From positions 675,970 to 739,969 of the forward strand of contig CAVTBF010000003.1 of assembly GCA_963732915.1 (NCBI GenBank): a stretch of 64,000 nucleotides of DNA, read 5' to 3'. The notes below the pieces were generated by a model. The model had not been told where the DNA came from. It made no database searches and worked only from the letters and a program-made list of their open reading frames with translations. The position numbers and the translations under genes were made by a program. The DNA comes from an uncultured Actinomycetes bacterium (GTDB taxonomy: Bacteria; Actinomycetota; Thermoleophilia; Gaiellales; Gaiellaceae). Within the stretch, counting starts at the first letter, position 1. Every line of letters begins with the position of its first letter. Positions 51,832 to 60,860 of the stretch are shown here, one piece after another.

Positions 51832-52985
51832 GCCCGCGGCTCCTTCCGCCGCGCGAGCGCGCGGTCGACGAACGCCTCCGCCGAGCCGAGGTAGGCCGCG
51901 TCGTCGAGGCCGAGACGCTCCCGCTCGGAGTAGAGCTCCGGCCGCATGTTCTCGCGCATCCGCTCCGGGAACACTTCGAGCCCTGCGAGCGACTCGCGCG
52001 CCGCCGCGGCCGCGCCGCCGGCGTGGGCCAGCGCCTCGGTCAGGGCCGTCCACTCCGCGTGCCAGGCGCCCGCGGCGCGCTCGTGCTCGTGCTCGCCGCC
52101 GGCGAGGACGGCCGCGTTCGCATGGACGAGGGTCGCGCAGGCCCGCGCCCGCGCCGCGGCGACCGGGTTCCGCTTGTGCGGCATCGTCGAGGAGCCGCCG
52201 CCGGCCGCCTCGGCGACCTCGCCGACCTCGGTCTGTGCGAGCAGCACCACGTCGAGACCGATCTTCGCGCAGGCGGCCGCCACGCCGTCGAGCGCGGCGC
52301 CGAGCGCGGCGACCGGCCCCCGATGGGTGTGCCAGGGCAGGACGGGCTCGGCGAGACGGAGCTCGGTCGAGAACGCCGACAGCACCGCGAGCCCCTGCTC
52401 GCCGAGCGCGGCGAGCGTGCCCGCGGCCCCGCCGAGCTGCGCGTGTAAGCGGACCGCGCGCAGGCGGTCGCGCGCGACGACCGCGTCGACGTACCAGCCC
52501 GCCGCCTTCGCGCCGAAGGTCGTCGGCACCGCCTGCTGGAGCAGCGTCCGCGCGGCCATCGGCGTCGAGCGGTGCTCCCGTGCGAGCCGGGCGCATGCCT
52601 CCGTGAGCCCGTCGAGCTCCTCGACGACCAGCTGCACCGCCGAGCGCGCGACGAGCATCGCCGCCGTGTCGACCACGTCCTGGCTCGTCGCGGCGAAGTG
52701 GACGAACCGCGCCTCGTCGCCGCCGACGCGGTCCCGCAGCGCCCGGACGAGCGGCTCGGCGGGATTCCCGACCGCGCGCCCCTGCTCGCAGAGCTCGGCG
52801 ACGTCGTAGGCCTCCGGCTCGCAGGCGCGGGCGATCGCCGCCGCCGCCGCCGCCGGGATGACGCCGACGGCCGCCTCCGCGCGGGCGAGCGCCCGCTCGG
52901 CGTCGAGCATCGCGCCGAGCCAGGCGCCGTCCGACACCGCGTCGCGCAGCGCGGACGGCACGAAGATCGGCGCGAACGTCGTCAA
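51828..52985 (-). CDS. pcaB: 3-carboxy-cis,cis-muconate cycloisomerase
   Basis: About 385 aa, fumarate-lyase fold. 'ATSQDVVDTA', 'GSSTMPHKRNP'. Its TTG start overlaps the pcaG stop (TTGA). Confidence 0.9.
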   Translation of the reverse strand: MTTFAPIFVPSALRDAVSDGAWLGAMLDAERALARAEAAVGVIPAAAAAAIARACEPEAYDVAELCEQGRAVGNPAEPLVRALRDRVGGDEARFVHFAATSQDVVDTAAMLVARSAVQLVVEELDGLTEACARLAREHRSTPMAARTLLQQAVPTTFGAKAAGWYVDAVVARDRLRAVRLHAQLGGAAGTLAALGEQGLAVLSAFSTELRLAEPVLPWHTHRGPVAALGAALDGVAAACAKIGLDVVLLAQTEVGEVAEAAGGGSSTMPHKRNPVAAARARACATLVHANAAVLAGGEHEHERAAGAWHAEWTALTEALAHAGGAAAAARESLAGLEVFPERMRENMRPELYSERERLGLDDAAYLGSAEAFVDRALARRKEPRA

Positions 52986-53425
52986 TGCGCGAAGAAGACG
53001 GTGGCGCGGTCGCCCTGCATGCGGATATCGAACCGCATACCGTCGCCCTCCGTCCACGCCGTCAGCGTCGCGCGCTCCCCCGGGTCGAGACCGGCCAGCA
53101 CGGCGTCGTCGACCTCGGCGAGGTAGATCCGCGTCCGCTGGTGCCGCAGCAGGCCGCGCGCGAACACGAACGCCTCGAGCACGTCGCAGTCGCGAGGGAC
53201 GACGAACCGGAACTGCCCGTGCGGATGGGTGCCCGAACGCCCCCAGCGCCGGCCGGCGGCGTCCCAGACCTCGACCATGCCGTCCACGATCGGCTCGCCC
53301 TGCCCGTCGTAGAGCGTCCCGGTCAGCTCGACCCCGTCCGCGACGAGCTCGTCGTCGGCCCGGCGGCAGAGCCCGATCGTGTAGTACGGCCCGACCGTCT
53401 GCGAGGCGGTGCTGCGGAGGCTCAT
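52982..53425 (-). CDS. pcaG: Protocatechuate 3,4-dioxygenase alpha subunit
   Basis: 147 aa. 'SQTVGPYYTIGL', 'VEVWDAAG', 'FVFARGLLRHQRTRIY'. Confidence 0.92.
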   Translation of the reverse strand: MSLRSTASQTVGPYYTIGLCRRADDELVADGVELTGTLYDGQGEPIVDGMVEVWDAAGRRWGRSGTHPHGQFRFVVPRDCDVLEAFVFARGLLRHQRTRIYLAEVDDAVLAGLDPGERATLTAWTEGDGMRFDIRMQGDRATVFFAH

Positions 53426-54165
53426 CAGTGCCCCTCCTCGAGCGGTGTCGTCTCGCGCGCGCCGCGGCCGAGGACGATGTCCCACTCGAACGCGAGCGCC
53501 CAGTCGGGCTGGGTCGTCGCGATGTCGAAGCGGGCGATCAGCAGCTCGCGCGACTTGGGATCGCGCACCGAGTTGAAGATCGGGTCGTACGGGAAGAGCG
53601 GGTCGCCGGGGAAGTACATCTGCGTGACGAGCCGCTGCGTGAACTGGCGGCCGAAGACCGAGAAGTGGATGTGCGCGGGCCGCCACGCGTTCGGGTGGTT
53701 GCCCCACGGGTAGGCGCCGGGCTTGATCGTCGTGAACGTGTAGCGACCCTCGTCGTCGGTCAGCACGCGCCCGCCGCCCGAGAAGTTCGGATCGAGAGGA
53801 GCCGGATGCTGGTCGACGCCGTGCCGGTAGCGCCCGCACGCGTTCGCCTGCCAGACCTCGACGAGCGCGCCGCGAACCGCGCGGCCGTCCTCGTCGAGCA
53901 CCCGGCCCGAGACGGTGATCCGCTCGCCGAGCGGCTCGCCCTCGTGCTGGCGGGTGAGGTCGTTGTCGGAGACGACGAGCGCGTCCTCGCCGAAGACGGG
54001 CCCGTCGATCGTGTGCAGCTCCTCGGGCAGCGGCACGAGCGGCCGCCTCGGCGCCCGCCACTGGGTCGAGCGGTAGCCCGGGTAGTCGACCTGCACCTCC
54101 GGCCCGAAGCTCGGGTCGTCGGGGAGGACGACCGGGCCCTGATAGGGGTCAGCGGTCACGCTCAT
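53425..54165 (-). CDS. pcaH: Protocatechuate 3,4-dioxygenase beta subunit
   Basis: 246 aa. 'VEVWQANACGRYRH', 'YPWGNHPNAWRPAHIHFSVFG'. Confidence 0.95.
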   Translation of the reverse strand: MSVTADPYQGPVVLPDDPSFGPEVQVDYPGYRSTQWRAPRRPLVPLPEELHTIDGPVFGEDALVVSDNDLTRQHEGEPLGERITVSGRVLDEDGRAVRGALVEVWQANACGRYRHGVDQHPAPLDPNFSGGGRVLTDDEGRYTFTTIKPGAYPWGNHPNAWRPAHIHFSVFGRQFTQRLVTQMYFPGDPLFPYDPIFNSVRDPKSRELLIARFDIATTQPDWALAFEWDIVLGRGARETTPLEEGH

Positions 54166-54866
54166 GCGGATCCTTTCGTTCGCAATGCTCGCAACGCGGT
54201 CAGCTCGGCCGCGGTCGGCGGCTCGGTCTCGCGCAGCCCGTCGGCGACACGCAGCTCCCAGCCGGTCGCCTCGCGGGCCGTCTCGGGATCGATGCCGCGG
54301 TGGACGGCGGTGAGAGTGAGCTCCCCGTCGAGGGGCTCGAGGATGCCGAGGTCGGTGACGACGACGCGGACGTTGTCGCCGAGGCTCGTCGTGAAGTCGA
54401 GGGCGGAGACGAAGGCGCGACGCGTCTGCCGGAGCATCACGAAGACGTCGCGCACGCCGAGCGCGATCTCGGGCGCGCCGCCGCCGCCGGGAAGACGGAC
54501 GCTCGGCCTGTCGTAGGGCCCGATCACGGTGCTGTTCAGGTTCCCGTGCCGGTCGATCTGGGCCGCGCCGAGGAAGCCGACGTCGATCCGCCCGCCCTGC
54601 AGCCAGTAGGCGAACATCTCCGGCACCGAGACGACGGCGTCGGCCGTCTCGGCCAGCTCGCCGTCGCCGATCGAGAGCGGCAGCTCCTCGGGCTTCGCCC
54701 CGATCGTGCCGCTCTCGTAGATGAGGACGCAGTTCGGTGCGTGCGTCCGCCGGGCGAGGTTCGCGGCCGTGCTCGGCAGGCCGATGCCGACGAAGCAGAC
54801 GTTGCCGTCGCGCAGCCGGCGGGCCGCCTCGATCGCCATCATCTCGTCGGCGGTGTACTCCGTCAT
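54162..54866 (-). CDS. pcaJ: 3-oxoadipate CoA-transferase subunit B
   Basis: 234 aa. 'VCFVGIGLPSTAANLA', 'ESGTIG', 'LGAAQIDRHGNLNS'. Confidence 0.92.
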   Translation of the reverse strand: MTEYTADEMMAIEAARRLRDGNVCFVGIGLPSTAANLARRTHAPNCVLIYESGTIGAKPEELPLSIGDGELAETADAVVSVPEMFAYWLQGGRIDVGFLGAAQIDRHGNLNSTVIGPYDRPSVRLPGGGGAPEIALGVRDVFVMLRQTRRAFVSALDFTTSLGDNVRVVVTDLGILEPLDGELTLTAVHRGIDPETAREATGWELRVADGLRETEPPTAAELTALRALRTKGSA

Positions 54867-55723
54867 ACGGCGGCCGCCTCGCCCGCGCCGGCAAGGCTCG
54901 CGTGGTACTCCGCGACGTCGGCCGTGTCCAGCACGTGGCGCTGCATCCAGGTCCGGAAGGTGTCGCGGTCGCGGCTGACCGCGTCCCACGCGACGTAGAA
55001 GTCGTTGTCGCGGTCGTAGTAGCCGTGGGCGTACGAGGGGTGGGCGCCGCCGGGCGCGAGACAGACGGCGTCGATCGTCCAGCTCGGCAGCACGATCGCT
55101 CCCGGCCTCGGCTCGAGCACGTCGACGATCTCCTCGACGGTGACGATCGAGCGCGCCGACGCGAGCACGGTCTCCTTCTGGACGCCCGTGATCCCCCAGA
55201 GCTGCACGTTGCCGGCCCGGTCGGCCCGCTGCGCGTGGATGATGCCGACGTCCGGCCGGATCGCCGCCACCGCCGCGAGCTGCTCACCGGTGAACGGGCA
55301 GGCGATCGTCTCGACGCGCGTGCGCGCTCCGAGGTCGCCGCCGCGGTACCCGCGCAGGACGCCGAACGGGAGGTTGGCCGCCCCCGCCGCGTAGGCGGTC
55401 GCCATGCCGGCGTGCGAGTGCTCCTCGATCTCGAGCGCGTGCGGCCACTCGTTCTCGACTGCGTCGCGCAGCCGCCGCAGCGAGCCGACCCCGGGGTTGC
55501 CGCCCCACGAGAAGACGAGCCGCCGCGCGGCGCCCATCCCGATCAGCTGGTCGTAGACGACGTCGGGCGTCATCCGGATCAGCGTCAGGTCGCGCCGGCC
55601 CTGCCGGACGAGCTCGTGGCCGGCGGCGTGCGGGATCAGGTGCGTGAAGCCCTCGAGCGCGACGGTGTCGCCGTCGCGGACGAGCTCGCGGACTGCGTCG
55701 CTGAGGGAGACGATCTCGGGCAC
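54863..55723 (-). CDS. pcaI: 3-oxoadipate CoA-transferase subunit A
   Basis: 286 aa. 'LSDAVRELVRDGDTVALEGF', 'SWGGNPGVGSL', 'IIHAQRADRAGNVQ'. The GTG start shares 1 nt with the upstream TAG. Confidence 0.92.
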   Translation of the reverse strand: MPEIVSLSDAVRELVRDGDTVALEGFTHLIPHAAGHELVRQGRRDLTLIRMTPDVVYDQLIGMGAARRLVFSWGGNPGVGSLRRLRDAVENEWPHALEIEEHSHAGMATAYAAGAANLPFGVLRGYRGGDLGARTRVETIACPFTGEQLAAVAAIRPDVGIIHAQRADRAGNVQLWGITGVQKETVLASARSIVTVEEIVDVLEPRPGAIVLPSWTIDAVCLAPGGAHPSYAHGYYDRDNDFYVAWDAVSRDRDTFRTWMQRHVLDTADVAEYHASLAGAGEAAAV

Positions 55724-57189
55724 TAGAACGGGAAGGGGTGGCCCTCGTTGCGGACGGTCACCCAGCGCAGCTCGGTGAACTCGTCGACGACAGCCTGGCC
55801 GCCGAAGCGCCCGAAGCCGGAGTCCTTGACGCCGCCGAACGGCATCTGCGGCTCGTCGGCGACCGTCTGGTCGTTGACGTGGACGATCCCGGAGTCGATC
55901 CGCTGGGCGAGCGAGAGCCCGCGGTCGCGGTCCGAGGTGATGATCCCGGCCGAGAGGCCGTAGCTCGTGCGGTTCGCCTTCGCGATCGCCTCCTCGGCGT
56001 CCGCGACCCTCTCGACCGCGGCGACCGGCCCGAACGTCTCGTGCTTCGCGAACTCCGAGTCCTCGGGCACGCCGGTGAGGAGCGTGGCCTGGAAGCACGG
56101 CCCGACCGCCTCGCCGCCGGCGAGCACGGTGGCGCCGGCCGCGACCACGTCGTCGACGCGGCCCTTGACCATCGCGAGCGCCTGCTCGTTGATCAGCGGC
56201 CCGATCACCGTGTCGTGCTCTCTCGGGTCGCCGGTCTTCAGGCCCTTCGTCTTGGCGGCGAGCCGCGCGATGAACTCGTCGGCGATCGACTCCTCGACGT
56301 AGATCCGCCGTGTCGACATGCAGATCTGTCCCTGGTGGAGATAGGAGCCGAAGGCCGAGGCGTTGACCGCGTACTCGAGGTCGGCGTCGGCGAGCACGAT
56401 CAGCGGATTGTGGCCGCCGAGCTCGAGCACGACGCGCTTGAGCTGCCGGCCGGCCGCCTCGGCGATCAGCCGCCCGACCTGGCTCGAGCCGGTGAAGTTG
56501 AGCCGCCGCACGTGCGGGCTCTCGATCAGCGCCGTGCCGATCGGGCCCGCACCGCCGGGCGCGTGGGTGACGATGTTGAGCACGCCGGCCGGCAGCCCGG
56601 CCTCGGCGAAGATCTCGCCCCAGAGCAGGCCGCCGGTGAACGGCGACCACTCCGACGGCTTCAGCACGACGGTGTTGCCGAGCGCGAGCGGCGCGGCGAT
56701 CGAGCGCGCCGAGAGGATCAGCGCCGCGTTCCACGGCGCGAGCGCGGCGACGACGCCGACCGGCTTGCGGATCCCCATCGCGAACGCGCCCGTGTCCGAG
56801 GGGATGATCTGCCCCATCGGCGCGTAGGCGAGCGCGGCCGCCTGCCGGAAGAGGTTCGGCACGAACATGCTCTGGAACATCCCGAAGCCGAAGCTCGCGC
56901 CCGTCTCGCGGGCGAGCAGCTCGACGACCTCCGTCTGGCGCGCCTCGAGCAGGTCGGCGGCCTTGAGGAAGATGCGCTGGCGCTCGACCGGCGGCGTCTG
57001 CGACCAGGCGCCGAATGCGGCCGCGGCCGCCTCGATCGCGCGCTCGGCGTCGGCCACGCCGCCCGCCGGGGCGAGCGCGACGATCTCGCCGGTGAAGGGG
57101 TCTCTGTCCTCGTAGGTGGCGCCGTCCGCGGCAGCCACCCACTCACCGCCGATCAGCTGCTGGTACTCCGTTGCCACGGTCGCGGCCAT
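55723..57189 (-). CDS. NAD(P)+-dependent aromatic aldehyde dehydrogenase (benzaldehyde/vanillin dehydrogenase-like)
   Basis: 488 aa. 'VVLKPSEWSP', 'FTGSSQVGRLI', 'LELGGHNPLIV', 'HQGQICMSTRR', 'PFGGVKDSGFG'. Confidence 0.92.
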   Translation of the reverse strand: MAATVATEYQQLIGGEWVAAADGATYEDRDPFTGEIVALAPAGGVADAERAIEAAAAAFGAWSQTPPVERQRIFLKAADLLEARQTEVVELLARETGASFGFGMFQSMFVPNLFRQAAALAYAPMGQIIPSDTGAFAMGIRKPVGVVAALAPWNAALILSARSIAAPLALGNTVVLKPSEWSPFTGGLLWGEIFAEAGLPAGVLNIVTHAPGGAGPIGTALIESPHVRRLNFTGSSQVGRLIAEAAGRQLKRVVLELGGHNPLIVLADADLEYAVNASAFGSYLHQGQICMSTRRIYVEESIADEFIARLAAKTKGLKTGDPREHDTVIGPLINEQALAMVKGRVDDVVAAGATVLAGGEAVGPCFQATLLTGVPEDSEFAKHETFGPVAAVERVADAEEAIAKANRTSYGLSAGIITSDRDRGLSLAQRIDSGIVHVNDQTVADEPQMPFGGVKDSGFGRFGGQAVVDEFTELRWVTVRNEGHPFPF

Positions 57190-57249
57190 ACTGCTAACTC
57201 CTCTCTCGCTCGGCGTGGGGACTTGATCCTGTCGGCGAGGAGTCGCTAC

Positions 57250-57359
57250 GTCAAGACGTCGTCCCGATTATTCGAACTAGACGTCGCCCCGCCCGAGCGA
57301 CGAAATACCCGACATAACCCTTGTTCGAGTGTCAAGATGATGTTCTACTAACTCGAACA
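57250..57359. promoter_or_regulatory. Divergent pca control region with TTCGAAC half-sites and a 9-bp inverted repeat TGTTCGAGT / ACTCGAACA
   Basis: Inverted-repeat arms at 57322..57330 and 57351..57359 (the right arm abuts the regulator ATG). TTCGAAC at 57271..57277. GTCAAGA repeated at about 57250 and 57331. Confidence 0.5.
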
Positions 57360-58156
57360 TGCCTGCTTCCACCGACGGATCCGCCTATTCGCAGTCGCTC
57401 GAGCGCGGCCTCGCCATCCTCTCGGCGTTCCGCTCGGGGCGGCCGCTGCTCGGCGTCAGCGAGCTCGGACGCGAGATCGGCCTCGGACGCTCGACGACGC
57501 ATCGCTACGTCGCGACGCTCGCCGCGCTCGGCTACCTGACGCAGGACGCGCCGACCCGGAAGTACCGCCTCGGGCCGCGCGTGCTCGACCTCGGCTTCTC
57601 GGCCATCAACTCGATGGAGCTGCGCGAGGTCGCGTTCCCGCACCTGCGCCGGCTGAGCGACGAGACCGGCTACACGGTGAACATGGCGATCCTCGACGGC
57701 TCCGACGTCGTCTACGTCGAGCGCTGCCGCAGCTCGCAGGCCGGTCAGCGCGAGATCGACCTGAACCTGCACGTCGGCGCACGGCTCCCGGCCTACTGCA
57801 CCTCGCTCGGCAAGTGCCTGCTCGCCTTCCAGCCCGAGCCGGCGCGGGCCGTGTCGCTCGACCGCATCGACTTCACGCAGCGCGGCCCGAACACGATCGT
57901 CTCGCGGCGCTCGCTCGAGGCGGAGCTGAAGCGGATCCGCGCGGCCGGCTTCGCGACAAATAACGAGGAGCTCGCCTACGGCCTGCGCTCGATCGCGGCG
58001 CCGATCCTCTCCCACGACGGCGACGCGGTCGCGGCGATCAACCTCGCCGCGCACAGCTCGATGATGCCGATGGACCGGCTCGCCGAGCAGCTCAGCCCGA
58101 CGCTGCGCCACGCCGCCGCCGACATCTCGGCGCACCTCGGCTACCGGCCTGGGTAG
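57359..58156 (+). CDS. pcaR: IclR-family transcriptional regulator (PcaR/PcaU-like)
   Basis: 265 aa. wHTH 'LERGLAILSAF...LGVSELGREIGLGRSTTHRYVATL' plus an IclR effector domain. Divergent from the pca operon. Confidence 0.88.
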   Translation: MPASTDGSAYSQSLERGLAILSAFRSGRPLLGVSELGREIGLGRSTTHRYVATLAALGYLTQDAPTRKYRLGPRVLDLGFSAINSMELREVAFPHLRRLSDETGYTVNMAILDGSDVVYVERCRSSQAGQREIDLNLHVGARLPAYCTSLGKCLLAFQPEPARAVSLDRIDFTQRGPNTIVSRRSLEAELKRIRAAGFATNNEELAYGLRSIAAPILSHDGDAVAAINLAAHSSMMPMDRLAEQLSPTLRHAAADISAHLGYRPG

Positions 58157-58283
58157 CCCGCTCGCCCGCTTCGCGTCGGCCGGGCGCGCTTCGCGCGCGC
58201 GGCCTTCCGCTCTCGCTTTCCGCTCGCTCGGCAAGCGAGCCGGCTGTGCCGGCTCGCGCCATTTGAGGCCGCGCGGTTGACGT

Positions 58284-58309
58284 GTCGCGCCCGCCATGTC
58301 GGGCGCGAC
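58284..58309 (-). terminator. 10-bp-stem hairpin after the amidase gene
   Basis: GTCGCGCCCG-(6 nt)-CGGGCGCGAC, 11 nt past the amidase stop. Further overlapping hairpins at 58222..58255 lie after the IclR gene. Confidence 0.45.
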
Positions 58310-58319
58310 GGCTGCAGGC

Positions 58320-59672
58320 CTACGCCGGCCCGAGCGCCGTCGCGGGCGCGATCGTCCCGAGCTCGGCCTGCAGGGCGGCGCCCGCGGCGAGCAGGTCCCA
58401 GTCGCCGCCGGGCGGGCCGACCAGCGAGACGCTCGTCGGCAGGCCGCTGCGGGCGCCGACCCCGGAGGGGAGAGCGACGACCGGCAGGCGCGTCCAGTCC
58501 CAGTAGTGGGTGAGCGAGATCTCCTCGATGTCGGTGAACGGGGCGTCGTAGCCGTGGCCGCGCTCGCGGGCGACGATCGGCAGCGTCGGCTCGACGACCG
58601 CGTCGATCTCGTGCTCGGCGAACCAGTCGGCCCAGCGGGCCGCGTCCTCTGCGCGCTGCGCCTGCGCGGCCGCGTACTCGACGCCGCTCAGCCCGCGCTC
58701 CTCGGCGTAGGCGAGGAAGCCACGGATCGAGGGCCGGTAGGAGTCGCGGTGCTCGTCGAGCCGGCGGTGCCAGGCGAGCATCTCCGTGACCACGAGGTCG
58801 AGGAAGACCGTGCCGAGGTCGAGCGGAACGTCGGGCGGCGGCTGCTCGACGACCGGCAGCAGCGCGAGCGCGCGCTCGAGGTTCGCGGCGACGTCCGGAT
58901 CGAGCTCGGCGATGCGCGGTGAGAGGGCGACCCGCCGCAGCGGCCGGCGCTCCTGCGGCGCACGGACACCCGCCATCGCGGCGAGCAGCGGCTCGCAGTC
59001 GGCGATGCTGCGCGCCATCGGCCCGGCATGGTCGAAGGTCGGCGCGAGCGGCACGATGCCGCGGATCGACACGAGCCCGGTGGTCGGCTTGACGGTCGAG
59101 ACGCCGCACGCCGCCGCGGGGATGCGGAGCGAGCCCGCCGTGTCGGTGCCGGTCGCGGCGGGCGTCATGCGCGCGGCGAGCGCGGCGCCCGAGCCGCCGC
59201 TCGAGCCGCCGGCCGAGCGGGAGAGATCCCACGGGTTGCCCACCTGGTCGGTCGTGCCGCCCGCGGCGAACTCGTGCGTATGCAGGTGGCCGAGCAGCAC
59301 CATGCCCTGGGCGGCGAGCCGCGCCCACACGTCGCAGTCGCGCGCCGGCGTCTCGGAGAAGAAGCCGCTCGACGCGGTCACCGGTTTGCCCGCGACGCCG
59401 TAGAGGTCCTTGAGCCCGATCGGGATCCCGCACAACGGCGGCGCGCCGCCCGCCGCCAGCCGCGCGTCCGCCCGGGCCGCCGCGGCGAGCGCCTCGTCGC
59501 GATACAGGCGCACCCAGGCGTTGACCGACGCCGGATCGCCGTCGTGGCTCGAGGCGCCGTTCCGCTCGGAGATGCGCGCGAGGCACGCCTCGGTCAGCTC
59601 ACGAGACGAGAGCGCCCGCCGGCCGAGCTGCTCCGCCGCGTCGACGACACCGAGGTCCGCCGCATCGTCCAC
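58320..59672 (-). CDS. Amidase-signature (AS) family amidase
   Basis: 450 aa. 'GIPIGLKDLY', 'GGSSGGSGAALAA', 'TGTDTAGSLRIPAAACG'. Confidence 0.92.
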   Translation of the reverse strand: MDDAADLGVVDAAEQLGRRALSSRELTEACLARISERNGASSHDGDPASVNAWVRLYRDEALAAAARADARLAAGGAPPLCGIPIGLKDLYGVAGKPVTASSGFFSETPARDCDVWARLAAQGMVLLGHLHTHEFAAGGTTDQVGNPWDLSRSAGGSSGGSGAALAARMTPAATGTDTAGSLRIPAAACGVSTVKPTTGLVSIRGIVPLAPTFDHAGPMARSIADCEPLLAAMAGVRAPQERRPLRRVALSPRIAELDPDVAANLERALALLPVVEQPPPDVPLDLGTVFLDLVVTEMLAWHRRLDEHRDSYRPSIRGFLAYAEERGLSGVEYAAAQAQRAEDAARWADWFAEHEIDAVVEPTLPIVARERGHGYDAPFTDIEEISLTHYWDWTRLPVVALPSGVGARSGLPTSVSLVGPPGGDWDLLAAGAALQAELGTIAPATALGPA

Positions 59673-59688
59673 CGCACGCGATCATCGC

Positions 59689-60858
59689 ATGTTCGAGGTC
59701 TCGGGACAGGATCCCGCCGCGTGGTATACACCGCTCGTGGCGCCCCGCACGACTCCCCCCTTCCGCGCCGACCACGTCGGCAGCCTCCTCCGCCCGCCCG
59801 CGCTGCTGCAGGCCCGCGACGACTTCGCCGCCGGCCGGATCGACGCGGCCGAGCTGCGCGGAGTCGAGGACGAGGCGATCCGCGCCGCCGTCCGCATGCA
59901 GGAGGAGGTCGGCCTGCGTGCGGCCACCGACGGCGAGTTCCGCCGCGCCTCCTGGCACATGGACTTCATCTACCGGCTCGACGGCGTGACGAAGGAGGCC
60001 GGCGACATGGCCGTCCGCTTCCACAACGCCGGCGGCGACATCGAGTTCACGCCGGCCCAGCACCACGTCACCGGCAAGGTCTCGGTCTCGGAGACGATCT
60101 TCGGCGACGACTTCCGCTTCCTCGCCGACACCGTCTCGACCGCCGTCCCGAAGCTGACGATCCCGTCGCCGAGCATGGTTCACTACCGCGGCGGCCGCGC
60201 GGCGATCGACGAGTCGGTGTATCCGGACATGGACTCGTTCTGGGCCGACCTCGCTGCCGCCTACACCGACGAGGTGGGACGCCTCGGGGCGCTCGGGTGC
60301 CGCTACCTGCAGGTCGACGACACGAGCCTCGCCTACCTGAACGACCCGGCGCAGCGCTCCTACATCGCGACGATGGGCGGCGACCCCGACTCGCAGCACG
60401 TCGAGTACATCCACCACATCAACGAGGCGATCGCCGGCAGGCCGGAGGGGATGGCGGTGACGACGCACATGTGCCGCGGCAACTTCCGGTCGTCGTGGGT
60501 CGCGTCGGGCGACTACGAGTTCGTCGCCGAGGCGCTCTTCAGCGAGCTGGCGGTGGACGGCTTCTTCATGGAGTGGGACGACGAGCGCTCGGGCGGCTTC
60601 GCGCCGCTTCGCTTCGTGCCGCCCGGCAAGACGGTCGTGCTCGGGCTCGTGACGACGAAGCAGCCCGAGCTCGAGGCGAAGGACGCGCTCAAGCGGCGGA
60701 TCGAGGAGGCGAGCCGCTACGTCGACGTCGAGCAGCTCTGCATCTCGCCGCAGTGCGGCTTCTCGTCCACGGTCGAGGGGAACGCGCTCACCTACGACGA
60801 CGAGGTGGCGAAGCTCCGGCTCGTCGCCGAGGTCGCCGGCGAGGTCTGGGGGGCCTAG
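59689..60858 (+). CDS. Cobalamin-independent methionine synthase (MetE C-terminal domain)-like protein
   Basis: 389 aa. 'PFRADHVGSLLRP', 'THMCRGNF', 'ISPQCGFSS'. Start set at ATG 59689; the track ORF opens at 59410. Confidence 0.88.
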   Translation: MFEVSGQDPAAWYTPLVAPRTTPPFRADHVGSLLRPPALLQARDDFAAGRIDAAELRGVEDEAIRAAVRMQEEVGLRAATDGEFRRASWHMDFIYRLDGVTKEAGDMAVRFHNAGGDIEFTPAQHHVTGKVSVSETIFGDDFRFLADTVSTAVPKLTIPSPSMVHYRGGRAAIDESVYPDMDSFWADLAAAYTDEVGRLGALGCRYLQVDDTSLAYLNDPAQRSYIATMGGDPDSQHVEYIHHINEAIAGRPEGMAVTTHMCRGNFRSSWVASGDYEFVAEALFSELAVDGFFMEWDDERSGGFAPLRFVPPGKTVVLGLVTTKQPELEAKDALKRRIEEASRYVDVEQLCISPQCGFSSTVEGNALTYDDEVAKLRLVAEVAGEVWGA

Positions 60859-60860
60859 TC

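Noticed and set aside
59028-60752. Long upstream extension of the BFD-like reading frame (the track ORF starts at 59028).
   Set aside because: The extension is Arg/Gly-rich and overlaps both the amidase (antisense) and the MetE-like gene (off-frame). It is open only because stops are rare.
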